Below, piece by piece: positions 12,956 to 26,857 of a DNA stretch of 64,000 nt (positions within the stretch are counted from its first letter, which is position 1; every line of letters begins with the position of its first letter). Below the pieces are notes generated by a model. That model was not told the origin of the DNA. It did no database searches and saw nothing but the letters and a program-made list of their open reading frames with translations. Both the position numbers and the translations under genes were made by a program. Source of the DNA: Cycas panzhihuaensis (taxonomy: Eukaryota > Plantae > Cycadophyta); NCBI GenBank assembly GCA_023213395.1, contig CM041465.1:233437741-233501740 (forward strand), read 5' to 3'.

Positions 12956-15709
12956 GAGGAAGAATGTTGGGATAAACCCTAATGTTCCTAAGGAGATGTA
13001 TACCTAGGACCCCTCAAATCCACCTCTGGGGCCCCTAGGGTACCTAGAGCCACACACTAAGCCACCTAGAGCTTGCAAATGATGGCCCACTTCTCTTAAG
13101 TTATGTGTTTATATTTTCTAATTGTATTTTCAATATTATTTTGAATATTTTTTGTTAATGTGTAGGTTAGGTTGAGGTGCTTATCGCCTCCCCAAATTTC
13201 CTATAAATGGGGTGGGAATACCTCCCTGGTGTTTTTTAACACTACCATTGATTCGAATGATTATGTTAACTTAAGCAATCATACACTGACCATTGTAGTC
13301 CCACTCTACACCTCTGCATCCTTTAAAAACCTCTTATTTCACTTGCCAAATCGCTAGCTTGTGGTAGATAGAGGACTTGGCCAGCTAAAGGAGATCATAG
13401 GAAGGGTTTTGAGCTTGAGTTTCAACTCCAAAAGCCTCCCTTCACTAGGATAATCCCCTCCTTTAAGCCTCCAAGCACCCTACCATCCATCACCACAACT
13501 AGTATGACATTTGGTAGCGAAACGAGCAACACTTCTTTCATACCTCCATCCTACACTTGGATTCTCATCCAAACCCACTATCCAACAGTGAGATACCTAC
13601 ATCCATTTGGGAGGAATCACATCTTGCATAGGAGCTTGCCATTCTGAGGCAACCCCCTTTTTCTTTTTTCCCTATTTTCTCCCTAATGTTGCATGGTGAG
13701 ATTTTGAGTTGGAAAACAAGATTTGAACTTATTTCATTGTTGCAAATTGTAATCTAAAAATTCTAACAATATTTTTCTAGAAGAGAGTACACATACATAC
13801 ACACACATATGTATAGTTTTCTTATAGAAGGTTTATTTTCTTATATTATATGTAGAGGAGTTCCTTTATAAGAAAAGTTATGTGTTATATGAAGGTAACA
13901 CTTTTCTTGCCTTAAGTTTATTTTCACTTTATTTCCTTTCATTTCTTTTACTTTTGCATAATTAGGGAAGGTAAGGAAGCCCCTCTCTCTAACTATAACA
14001 ACATTTGCAACAACTGGAGGAAGTGAAGGTATTAGCAAGGAGAGGCATGTAAAGAGGGATTGCATTTCGTCATCAAACTTCACGAAAATGGGTGTGCTCT
14101 TTCTACCCCCTTTCTCCCCTCTCCTTTTTACCTCTTCCTTCCCTAAATGAATGTTGTAAACGCAAAACATATTGGTTTCTCCTTTTTGCATATGTTCATT
14201 ACATATAGGAAAGAATGTAACATAGGCAAGCTATATTCCTTCTTCCTCTTGCATAAAATGAATGATTTGCATACCCTCTTCCATAGCTCTGCATGTTGCG
14301 TACGAAAGAGGATGTATAAAACATTGTAAGTTTGCCTTCATGCATAAGTAGGAAATGTAAATTACATTTTGTTTTTGCTTATTTATTTTAAATTAAAAAA
14401 AGAGATTTAGTTAGATAGAAGCAATATTCTCCTATGATTCCTTTCTCACATCCTAACCCTAACCTATAAACTAAAAGGAAAGAGAGTGAGGAAGAGTGAG
14501 TGAGAAAAGCCGTATGCTTATTTGTATATTTGTTTTGATTTTGTAAATTCTACAATGACTATTATTGCATGAAACTAGTCCTCACCTTGGCAAAATGAAA
14601 ACCCATAGACCTAAGAAACATCTTTGTTCTTCTTGTAACTGAAGAAGAATTTGCAACCAGTTGCAACTGGATGGTTACAACATTATCTCTATTTTGCAAT
14701 TTTGACATAAAAATCCTAACCTTTAGAGGTAACCCTTTAGGTCGATAATCAAACTAATCACCCATTTATCTCTTCATGTCATTTTCCACCTCCTTTTCTG
14801 AAAGGAGTTCTCTTTCCATCTCACTCCCCTTTCTGAAGGGGAAGTCTCTCCACTCTCATTTTGTACCAAAGGTAAGAGGGTGTTGGTTACTTATATAAAT
14901 ACAACTAAATAAAATACCTAGACTTGGTCAATTAAGAGGAGTTTGTTGCGGCAACATCCTCTTCTTCTGCTCTTTGCACCTAAAACCCCAACCTCTAAGA
15001 TTAACCTCTTAGGCAATATACAAACCATCCCTTACCTCTCCATTGCTTTTAAAAAATAAAAGAAACTCAATTAGAAGGAGTTGGTTGCAATAATATCCTC
15101 TTCTTTTATTCTTAACACTCGAAACCCTAACCTCTAAGGATAATGCCTTAGAGTCCAAATAAGTCATCTAAAACCCGTGCTTCTTACCTTGTCACTCCCT
15201 TAACTCCCTTTTCAAAGGAGGCTCCCCTCTTTCACTTATTTCCTTTCTCAAAAGGAGATTTAGTGTATCTTCTCTCCCTTCAAGGATAGGATATCCTTGT
15301 TTAGGCCACTTAGTAATCTAAGGGTGCCTTCTTCTTCCTATTTGCATCAAGAAAGTTACTAGAAGAGAAGAGAAAGGGTAACACATTGTTACAAGTCCTC
15401 AAACCTGTGTTCTGACACATGGATTCCCTTTAAGGGTAACCTAATATTTCTCGAGACCTCTAGACTTTTATTTATTAGGATTTGTACTTATCTAAAGTGC
15501 CTTGTCTTTAGTGACCCCCCAGAGGCATGCTTCCACTGATGACCATATTGGGGACTTACCAGTAAAGAGAGTTGTAGCACTCCTTCAGACTCTTCTAGCG
15601 TTAACCTTTTTTCTTATTTTTGTTATACCTTTATCTTGCTAGGTAATCCTAACTCACCATCTCTTGAGTTATCTCACTTCTCTCATGTTCCTTGGGTAGG
15701 ACATGAATG

Positions 15710-18700
15710 CAATGTTTTTCCCGTCACTTACATGGCCTATCCCTTATGATAGAGGAACCCCTGTATTCCTCTATCCCCTCATCTGATTCTGAATCAGCGA
15801 TGAAGGAATATCCATTAGAGTGGGCATATCATGCCTACGTTTTTTAATCATAAAACCCAACTTCTCATCCCCTTTGAGACCCTACCAAAGAGGGAAAAAA
15901 TACCATTTTCTACCCATATGACTAGGGATATCTAGATTTCCATCCATTTCCTATGCATGACATAGGTAGGTCCTCCTCCATGGAGTACTTTCGCCCTAAT
16001 GAGGGCTCCCATGAGGATTGATCTATGGGTCTTACCTTACACGAGGAGCCATCTATATCATATGAGAAGGTTGGGACCCCTCTTGTAGATGTGGTTGAGG
16101 CATTATAATAATGCTTTGGAGTTGCAAGCATCCAACCACCTCCAAGGTGGTTGGATAGCCTCCTTCATAATATTTCCTCGTCCTCTTACATGCTTGCACC
16201 CCCTATTTTGAGTTAACCATTACTTACGTCAATGGTAGGACTTGTTCGTATCATCCCTTCATCTTTGGGAGCCCCTCATAGTCAAGAGGTATCCCAAGGT
16301 AGGCGCATATCCCAAATTGGGTTGAGCATGCCCCTCCCAAACTAAATAACCATGCCATAACCTACCATGGTTTATACCCCCTTCGTGCGATGGAGGATAC
16401 CCTCGTGTCCTCATCCTTTAGGCTACGTGGGATCTTCCCCCATGTGCCCTCGTCCACAACCTGTAGACTCTTCCCTCTACATACCCTTAGGGTATACATC
16501 TCAACCTTAGGGGCATGGAGGGGCAAACACTCTCCCAATATATGGGGTGGATTCACTCCATCCTTATGGAGTTGCACCTCCTATAGGTGGCCCATATAGG
16601 CAAAACCCCATACCTCATCCTCATGTATAACTTTGTATATAATACCTTCTCAAGGGGGATCTGTCCCACCTCATATCCCATGTCTCCATATGCCACCCTC
16701 ATAGGAGGAATACCCTTAAGGCAGAACGGGACTATCTCACCCACCTTTTTCCTATCTAGCCTACACACACGTAGGAATAGTCCTTTCCCACCAAGCAGGT
16801 AGGAATCAATGCTCTTTATACACCCAACATCCTCAAGCTGGAGCTAGATGTTTGTATCCACCTCCTCCCTTGCCTATAATTGACCCTTCAACTCAACCAA
16901 GGATTTATCCTTTTGTTGACTATAAGTCAACCTCACTCTTAATTGAGACTCTCAAGACCAACCTAGTACCTTATCCTCCTTAGGTACCTAAATTTGATGG
17001 TATCTCATTATAAGACCTAATTGATCATGTCAAGGGCTTCACCATGGTATGCGTAGACTATTGGGGCTACGATCATATCCTTATAAAATTGTTTCTATAT
17101 TCTTCACAAGGAGATGCCTTAAAATGGTTTTATCATCTCCCTGCTCACTCCATCCAATCTTTCTAATAGCTCGTGGATGAGTTCGTCAACTATTTCGATG
17201 TGGCTCACCCCTTTGAGAGTGGGGTCAAAGCCCTGCTCTCTCTCAAACAAGGTCACAATAAAATGAATCACAACTTTATCAGGCATTTTCATGACCTTCT
17301 CCACTCTATGAAGGCTATGCTACCTAAAGAGTTAAAGAGGGATATCTTTGTGAATGCCCTTTGACTTGAAGTCCATGTCAAAGTCCTTGAAACAGAGGTG
17401 ACGACATGTGATTCCACCATAGCAAAGTGTTTGGCACTTGAGGCCATTGAGATCTAGGTGGGTCTAAAAAAGCCTCTCAGGTCATCGCAATGACATGAGA
17501 TGCCCCCTCCATCATGTGACCAAAAATCCCAACAGCCTCCAAGGCTCCCCACCAACACAAACGATAGGACCTTGGACCCTTTAACCTCAGTTATACATTC
17601 ATTTGAATGTATGATGAAGGATGTAAAGCTCCAACCATCTCAACCTTCTTTCAATGCCCATAGACCCATCCATTAGGCATCTCAAACCATACCACCTAGA
17701 GGCAGGAATGTCCAAACTTCTCAAGGGAGGAAGACACAACCCCCTCCTGAGAAGAAATGGTGTTCTGTCCATGGAGAATGCCTCTATGAGGATTCACAAT
17801 GCTAGGTGAAGCACCCTAAGCTCTCTTTGCAATGTGATGCCTCCTCTAAATGGGCTTCCAATCCCAACTTGGATCAGCTCATCCATAAAGATCCTTTCCC
17901 TAACCATGGGGAATGTGATTGTTCTACCCAGAATAGAAGGGTAGGGAATATGGGATGATACCCTAACCCACTTCCTGAACAACAAAAAGGGAATAGAGCA
18001 AGGTAATCGCCCTCAACCCCAATCCTCCATTCTTGGCCACTCTCTTCCTCTCAATCCCAAAATAATGGGAAAAGAGTCATTCAAATACTTGAGACTACTC
18101 CTCTCAAGTATCTAAGGAGGTTGTTGAAGCCTCCACTTCTTGACAAGACCCTCCTATAAATAATCCCCTCGTAGAGATCCCTATGATCCCTAAGACTATC
18201 CCATCCATCCTAGATGTTACGATTTCTAAAGGGCACTTCCTAACCAATTAGAAAAGGGAAGCCCTTCTCGATCATTAATGAACTCCATACTATAGACGTA
18301 GGAATGTCCATGATAAATGTCTTGTATAGTTGCCCTGAGTAATGTACTGTCCTCCTAGAGGACTTAGGTCATAGTGATGCCCCAATCCATTTAGTGGGTA
18401 CCACCTCAAATAGGACATCCCTTATCACTTTCAACCTTGAGGACCTCTTGCCTACTAATGAAAAGAAATACCAATGGCATTACCTTTTCACCATTACTAT
18501 AGACTCCTCTGATTGTACCCTAAAGAGGACCATTGTAGATAATGGTTCCTCGATTAATGCCATGCATACTTGCATGGTAGATGAGCTAGGGTTAGGGGGC
18601 CTCAAACTAGTTACATAGAGATGCTAAGGCTACGATGGTAGTAAAAAAGCACCCTTGGGAACAGTGGTGATTCCTCTTACCCTAGAGGATAAGACCATCT

Positions 18701-21700
18701 TAGCAGATATCATGGTCCTTGATATAGATGTGGATTACAATCTCCTATTAGGACATCCTTGGCTTGACCAAATAAGAGCTATCTGCTCATCACAATAGGG
18801 GCAACTCAAATTTTCCTATAAAGGGCAAATAAAGGTTGCCCCTCAAGAGTCGCCTCCTACTTGGTCATCTCATCAGCCTTGTCAGGCGGTCTTTGGGTCA
18901 CCATGAGGTTTGGGATCTATTCATTCCATTGACTGCCTATTTTATTAGTACTCAAAGCACCTAGATAGTGGAAGGAATACCTCCTTCCTCCTCTAACCTT
19001 ATCCAACTCACCCCCATCGACGTTGGAAGTTATGGCTATCTCACTGTTTTAACTACCACAAGTCTGATGACAAGTGCAAGGACCCTCCTCATACCATATC
19101 CCTCCTCATCGTATGTAGGGGGTACCCTATTCATCCCCCTCGAAGCCCTACATCCTAACTTAGGGTATCGCATGAAGATCTCAATCCCTTTGCCCAGTCT
19201 ATAGGACCATACACCATTGATCCTATTACGAGCACAGACTCCCAACCCATCCAGTCACTTCTTACTCCCCAATCCTCACCATCCTTCTTAGATGACGAGG
19301 ATTAGTACTTTTTTTTCTCATGACGAGTCCATAATTTATGATTATGATCCTAGTCAGCCTCTACCTCCATGAGTTAGGGTGTAACAGCATAGGAGGATAC
19401 CCTCTAACTCCTCCAAGGAGTCTCCTGACTACGTAGAGTGGTGGGTTGATTTTTATGGACCTGTTGCCCCTTCGTCGCCTCATCCCATATTCTCGCTAAG
19501 TAAAACTATCCATGGGATAGATTGCTTTGAGAATGATAAAGCCTTATTAGAGAATTTAGTAAGTTTCATACCCAGGCTGCCTTCTAGTCATTATAGACTT
19601 GATTTCTAGAAGTGCCTAGCTTTACGGTCATCTCTCGCTGATCCAAACCAGCTAGATATTATTCCTCCCCCCTTGATTAATTAGGCTTCCCTCCACTTTA
19701 AAGAAGGGAATGCCATGCATGTTAGGGCAACAAAGGATATTATTCTTGCCCCTGGCAAGGTCATCAAGGTTTGAATAGAATGTTTACTTCAAGAGATGGA
19801 GGAGTACACCCTTTTATTTTGAGAGTTCTAAGATGTATTCACATGGGATTACTCAGATATGAAGGGGATAGACCCCTCCACTATTACTCACAACCTCACT
19901 ACTATCCCAGGTACTCACCATGTGCATCAAATATAGCACCCCTTGTATCCTAAACTTTTAGCAGCTATTAAGATGGAAGTAGAGAAGCTACTAGGCATTG
20001 AGCTTATCACTTCCATCAATTATCCCAGATGGGTTTCCAACATCATGGCCGTTGCTAAAAAGAATGAGATGATTTGGATTTGTGTTGACTTTTGAGATAT
20101 TAACAATGCTTGCCCTAAGGACAACTTCCCTCTATCGTTCATTGATCAAATTATTAATCATACAATAAGTTTCAAAGTTATGTCCTTGATGGATAGCTTT
20201 TCTAGATATAACTAAATCTAAATATCCCCTAAAGACTATCACAATATAGCATGCACCACCCCTTAAGGGTCTTTTACCTACAAGGCCATGCCCTTCGGTC
20301 TAAAGAATGTAAGTGTTACTTATCAAAGGGCAATGCAATTTATCTTTCATGATCTCATAAAGAAGACCCTTAAGGTCTTTATGGATGATATGATGGGCCT
20401 CTCTCATAAGAGGACTACCCATCCCATGAACCTTTGTGCTATCTTCATCAGGTATCACAAATATCACATCAATCTAAGCTCACTTAAATGCATCTTTGTG
20501 GTGATAGCTAGTAAACTCCTTGGATTCCTTATCTCCAAATAAGGAATTCAGATCAACCTTGATAAGGTTAAAGCTATTATTAATATGCCCCCTCCAAGAA
20601 CCCCACAATAAATCAAGTCGTTCTTAGAGAGGTTAGGTTTCCTCAAGTGTTTCTTGGCAGATTTTGCTATAAATGCTAAACTATTAACTAATTTGTTGAA
20701 GAAGGAAGCACCATTTGTCTAGTCCCCTAAAGCTTAGGAAGCCTTTTAAGAGCTCAAGTAGGCTCTTATATTTGCCCTTACATTGGTACCTCCCCTTTTC
20801 CACCACCTTTTTATTTTTATATACCTTTGCGACTAGTGAATCTTTGGGTGCCATGCTAGCCCAAGAGGACGACTCTAAGATTGAAAGGGCCATCTACTTC
20901 ATTAGCCACACTCTAGTGGCTACAGAACTGAGCTATCCACTTGCCAAAAAGTGTTGCTTAGCTTTGGTCCATACCATCAAGAAGTTTAGGCACTACCTCC
21001 TAGGTAACACCACTTATATGATCATCCAATCTAGTCTGTTGAGATACCTTTTGACTAGGTCAAACCCGATAGGAAGGGCGAGTAAATGGGTTATACTCTT
21101 GCAGGAGTATAACCTTAGAATCATTTATAGGAAGTCCAAGAAGGGGATGGTAATCATAGAACAACTAGTTAACACCCTTATTCCCAATCCCCTTGAGGTT
21201 CCAATTAGTGATTCCTTACTAGATGAGCCTATCCTAGCTGTCCAACATTCCTCCTCTTATTCGTTGGTTGAGTCAATAGTATAGGGACATTATACAGTAT
21301 CTTACTTAGCAAAAATACCCTTCTAACATTAGTGATAAAGTGAAGCCATATATTAGAGCTACCACCTGACAATGCTTCCTCATGCAGGACATATTGTACA
21401 AGCAGTCCTTCAATGGCATTCTCCTCTATTGTGTGACCCTCAAGGAGATTGACTAGGTCCTCTATAAATGTCATAGTGGCATCTGTAAAGGCCACTTTAG
21501 GGGTCAATCCATTGGCTAAAGAATCCTCTATATGGGTTATTATTGGCCATCCTTATTCAAGGATGCCCATGCCTATATGCAACATTGTTGTAAATGCCAA
21601 AAGGATGCCAACATGATCCACTTACCTTTTGAGGACTTCATGATATCATATCCTAGTGGCCTTTCTTCCAATGGGGATTAGATCTTATTAGAGTCATCAC

Positions 21701-22514
21701 TCTCCTCTCACAACATAAATTCATCTTAAACACAACAGAACACTTCACCAAATGGGCTGAAGTAATTCCATTATCATCTACAATAAGCAAGACAGTTGCC
21801 ACCTTTGTTTATCAGCACATTATCCATTGATTCAGAGTCCTAGATGTCCTAATCATAGATAATGACACTCCCTTTTATAACAAGGAAATGGATGAGCTTT
21901 ATGCGAAATTTAAGATTTCTCATAGGACATTGTCCCCTTATTACCCCTAGGCCAATGGCCAAATAGAATCATTTAACGAGTCCCTCATTAACATCTTAAA
22001 GAAAATTGTTGCCCAATCTGAAAGCGATTGGCATGTTCAACTTTATTTGGCGCCATGAGCTTATTACACCTTGATCTACACTTCCATAAGGATGACATCT
22101 TTCTCCTTGGTTTATGGAACTAAGGCAGTTTTTCCCTTGGAGATCAAAATCCCTTATTTAAGGGTATCCCTTAAGGACTTTTTCAATGAGGAATTGCACC
22201 GCCAAGCCTACCCATTTAACCTTAAGGCTTTGGATGAGAAATATTTGGTTGTATCCCAGGATAACCTTATGTCTAAAGCTAGGGCTCAAAGGACATATGA
22301 CAAGTATCTATATCCTTGTCCTTTGTACCCTAGGGACCAAGTCCTCAAGTTGGAATATCTTTATGATCGCCTATCTAAATTTGGCCCCAAATGAGTAGGC
22401 CCTTTTGTTATTCTCGAGAGTCTTAACAATGGTGCATATCAGATAGCCACATTGGAAGGGCTCGAATTTGATAAAGTTATAAATGGCAGATTCTTAAAGA
22501 AATTCTATGGTTGA
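15710..22514 (+). pseudogene. Element B gag-pol: Pro-rich N-terminus, gag, protease, RT, RNase H, integrase
   Basis: PKFDG...GDALKWFYHLP (~16990-17150); WCSVHGECLYEDSQC (~17760); IVDNGSSIN (~18530); MPFGLKN...FMDDM (20288); AIYFISHTL..E (RNase H); GYYWPSLFKDA; HFTKWAE; NGRFLKKFYG* ending at 22514. 5' start approximate. Confidence 0.92.
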
Positions 22515-23349
22515 TTCCTTCTACTTCTAAGTAGAATGGAAGCTCCTCCTTTACTCTGAAATGACCCTAAACTACCTTTTCAAATACAACGTTGGTGGCC
22601 CTCTCTAGGGGCACATCATGCATTTGATCTTTTAGTGACTCCATGCATCAGGAAGATGGATACACTCCTTGTTGAAGGTGTTGTCCATCCCCTTTATGAA
22701 CAAATCCCTCATTGTAGTTTATGAGTGGTGGTAAATGTGTTGTAATAGGAGCATGTTTCCATAACTCGTGTTTGGTTACTTCTTTGGGGAAGCAACTCTA
22801 CCCACTTCCAAGCATGGATTGCCACCTAGGGAAGGTCCTTAAAGATAGATCCTATCCCTTTTTACTACTCTTGGGGTATCTGTACCCATTCTTGTTCTCT
22901 TCTATGCTTGGATCATTATTTTCCTTCTGACAAAAATGTGATCCCCCTTATCTTTTAGTCACATTAGACTACCTAATACATAGAGGTGATCATATGTGCT
23001 TGGTGCGAGCGTCATACCATGTAAAGAGAATACATAATGTCATATATAATAAAGTGAACCAATCCACATCTCTGTATCTATCATGCATCTGTACATTTAT
23101 GTATATATCATGTATCAATACATCTATGTATCTATCTATAACTAAAACAAATTTCCATATTCATATCCATAATCAAAGCAAACAACCATAATAAGAAAAA
23201 CAATGAGCAATGTATACCAAAATAAGGTGCCAATGTGGCCCCATCTATATACATGAATGATCAACAATAATACAAAGTGTTAGCACAACATGCCCTAAGA
23301 AGTTGGAATCCTTACACGGGGGATACAATCATATATATATGGCATGGAT

Positions 23350-25240
23350 CCACCTAGAGGTTTGAAGCTTTCCTCTCATCAAAATCTGTGATACTATAGC
23401 CCCATGGAGACATAATGTCCTCATGGCGTGTCTCCTCCTGGTCCACTAGCTCCCTTGCCTGGAGACCACATCCCTCCTAGGCTTCTCTTCCTCCTCTGTA
23501 AGGTCCCAACCTCGCTCTCTTCATCCCTCACTCTTTGCTGGGTTAGTATCATTGTGTGAGTCTTGTGATGCAAGGACTGAGTAGCCATCTAGTCGACCAG
23601 TCAATCATACCACTCCTCTAATTGATCTCTCTCTTGTAGCACTGAGTCTCTCTCTTCAAGGATGTATGCTAGTTAACTCTCTACCTCGTGGAGCCTCTCC
23701 TCGAATACGATGACCCTCATGTTACTACCAGTATCCCATGCTCCTCCTCTTAAGGCCTCCAGCACCTGCACCTAAGCTTGTAGCTGATTCCTCTCTCCTT
23801 GGAGTTGATCCCTCTCTCCCTAGAGAGGAATCGGCTCATATTTATTGTACCTCAGCCCACATGTATCGTACCTATACAAGAGCAGTGAATGTCATCACAT
23901 AATGTCCTACTAATCCTGGCTCCTCACTGCCTATGATAGGAAGAGCTCTACTACCACCCATCTAACCATCTCTCCCATGTCCTCTCTGCTTATCAGCCAT
24001 GAATATCAAGGTGTCAGTGTGGAGTATATATAAAATCAATCACCATCTAAAATATATAAAGCATATCAGATAAATGTTATAAGCAAGCAATGCCAATCAA
24101 ATGACTAAATCAGAAGTTGAAGCTAGGAAAAGGAGGGAATCTCACCTCCTAGTATGGTTGACACCCCTATGACTGCCTCACCCTCAACTGTAATTATTGC
24201 CTCCCCTACTCATGGATCCCCTAGAGTAGTTAGTACATTGCCTTCCTCAATCTCCTCTACCCTAAGGATCCTCGCTCCTCTTGTGACTCAGATTGCCTCC
24301 ATGGAAACTACTTGTGTTGCATCCTCCTTTGGGTCATCAGCAATAACTTTGTCTCTCTCCTTATCTCTTGGCTTCTCTCTCAAGGCCCCTCTTACCTCTC
24401 CCTCCTCTATGTCACTCATGCAATACACGGTGTGATATGGATCTCCCATATACTTCTTTACTATGAGGAGATTAAGAGAAATGATAGCTATTGATTGCCT
24501 AACATAAGCTAGCTCCCCTACACCCTAGAAGTGCATCTACCACCTATGGATCATGGGAGTGGTGGTTGTTATATGCTGAGGTCCTATAATTGGTGTCACT
24601 CCTCTAAAATGGTCAAAGAACCATCATTAATCCAGGGAACAAAATGACAATCCTCCTTGTCTTGCTACCATGATCTGGTCTAACTACATTGTGAGATTGG
24701 CTACTATCAAAGTAGCCTAATCAAAGTGCTCTCCCTCCTTGCACCTCCTAATAGTAGCCATCCAACCACCAAGGACCTCCTTGTAATTTTGTTTCCAGGA
24801 AATTTGAAATAGAATGGAAAGTATAATCAATTTCCTCATGTGAGGAATCCATAACATGGAAATGACCCTAAGTGAAATGCCCCTCCAGTCCAAGCAATCA
24901 CTATCAGTGAAATATCTGGGTGCCTTGCAATGAGTTGCATCTGTGATGGGCAAGGTCCCCAACACCACTAGTGCACTACTAGCTGGAACCCCCAACATCC
25001 TCTAAATGTTGGCAGCAGTAATCGTAACATCCCCCACTAGTGAGGGAGGTGAAAGATATGTCTTTATTGGTCCTAGTGAAATATGATATCCAGTAGTAGG
25101 GCATGATCTGAAGCATATTAGGGTGTTCAAATGAGCTTTAGTAGCCTAAATCATCTCAAAGATCACCCTCTTGCATCGGTCCATTAGTGTTATAAATCTA
25201 GCCATGGGTGAACCTTGGTTCTCATAATTATTGACCATAA
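23350..25240 (-). pseudogene. Antisense extra gene of element B: Plant Mobile Domain (PF10536-like) plus acidic and coiled-coil segments
   Basis: The minus strand reads DHALLLDIIFH(W)DQ(Q)RHIFHLP..GDVTITAANI(W)RMLGVP...EHFD(W)ATLIVANL..L...WFFDHF, matching the PMD motifs W...HTFHLP.GE.TITL.DV..LLGLP and Y.WG.A.LA.L. Downstream ERDQLQGERNQLQA coiled coil; GTGAG donor near 24146. Confidence 0.75.
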
Positions 25241-26450
25241 TGATGGGCTATAAAACATCACAGTTAGTCATCCACTCACCTCTCCTATTAGTCAGGCCCT
25301 CCCCCAAATTGATAAACTGCTACAATCCTCAAGGGAGAAAAAAAAAAAACTAAATGATTTTATTTTTCCCTCGTTTTCCCTAAACTTACTAATATATTTA
25401 CGGCACCACGAATATATTGGCGGGCCTTGCAGACATATTATTTAGCCCCACTGGGATGTTTATGGGGCCAAGACACACCCAGCCAAAATTTTAAAATGAT
25501 AAAATAAAAATAAAACTTTTTATTTTTAGTGGATTAAACCTAGTCCACTTGGACAAGGGCTTCCTAATGCCTTGGTCCAGTCCTTTTTAGATCCTCAAAT
25601 GGGTTCCAATGGCCCTAGAATTGCTCATAAGTGGTCGTACCTAGCATTTAATAGCATTAAATAAAAATTGTTAAAAGTTAGGGTTAGGGCCTAGATCAAC
25701 ATATTAGATCTGGCCTAATTACTACCATCTGTTGATCCTGGTCCTTTCAACTCCCTCCATGTGACAATCTAATGGTTAGATCTCCTCCATGAGGTATGCG
25801 ACAGGGTGGTGAATGGGGGTGGAAGAAGGGCCTTTCTCCTAAATCAATCAACAAGGCATGAAAATGAATTCTATTTTTGCCCTTTCATCCCCTTTTTATT
25901 TGTAAGGCTACTTAGGGTGCCATGCCCTTTCTCCATCTTGAAAGAGCTCTCTAGATCATCTTTTCAAGCTCACCCTTAGTCCCTTCAGATCCCCAGCTTA
26001 TTTTTACCTCTAAACACTTTTTTTCTAGTTATCTTGCATATTTATAGTGCCCCTTTTGGCTTTTACATGAGCCTTTTTTCTCCTTTTCTCTAGTCGCTTA
26101 AAACACTATTAGTGTTTATACTCTATAGACTCATTTTGATATGTCAAGCCCATTTTTGTAATCTTTCAACCCACTAGAGCTCCTAACAAAGGCCTCTCCA
26201 TTATTTGATCTCCCTCATTAGTCCTACACCAGCCGTGTAACCTTGTTAGTAATCGCATTCCCCAATTTCTTTTCTCCTTCTATGTGGTGAGCCCTTCACA
26301 AGCCTGGTAGCCTACTCGTAGGGCTCTCTTATCCTCTTATGGTTAGCCTTTTGGATTATTGTAAGTAATTGAGATATACGACCCCTCTTTTCCTTCCATC
26401 CCATATGCTCACTTTTCTTTTTATGAACACTATTCTCCTCCTGCGCTATA

Positions 26451-26857
26451 GTTCTCCTTATCTACACTAATAGCAGTAGTCGTGGCAACCCAGGACCACT
26501 CTGTAACTGTCAGGATCATCTGTGATCCTTCTGGGCATGATCTCATGCATCCTAGGATATACTTGTCTGAGGCCACGAACAACAAATTAGAGTATACTAT
26601 CTTCATTGAGGCCCTTATTAATGCACTTCACTTCTATCATGGCCCTATTGTTCTCCATTATGATTCTCAAGTCGTAGTGTCATAATTGACTTAAGTTTAC
26701 CAAGTCCTTTACCCCTGACAAAGGTCCCTTGCTTCAACTGTGAGGTCTCTCTTGTCTTCTTTCCCTTTGGTAGACATCTAATATATCCCTCACAATCAAA
26801 ATATCGAAGCAAATGGCCTAGTTAACCTTATTCTCAAGTGTCGTCTCCCACTCTTAA
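26451..26857 (+). pseudogene. Stand-alone archaeal-type RNase H (aRH, RNase HI-like) of element B
   Basis: LIYTNSSSRGNPGP (= YTDG.SRGNPGP), one frameshift, then EATNNKLEY...YDSQVVV...IPHNQNIEANGLVN. All four D-E-D-D catalytic positions are recognisable; two are mutated D>N. Confidence 0.85.

Larger units (their letters stand above)
4583..13325 (+). mobile_element. Element C: Ty1/copia LTR retrotransposon, decayed
   Basis: 361-bp LTRs at 4583-4943 and 12965-13325 (TGTTGGGA...). PBS tggtattagag (tRNA-iMet type); PPT gaggaagaa; TSD aaaat/aaaac. The empty site is visible in B's 3' LTR (ccttcataaaacctc, ~28801). Confidence 0.95.
3260..15535 (+). repeat. Element B 5' LTR (interrupted by copia C at 4583-13325)
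   Basis: 3260-4582 plus 13326-15535 align colinearly to 27481-31065. Confidence 0.92.

Noticed and set aside
14452-14466. Telomere-like ctaaccctaacc (also ~29973 and ~25677)
   Set aside because: Only about two units, embedded in element B; not an interstitial telomere array.
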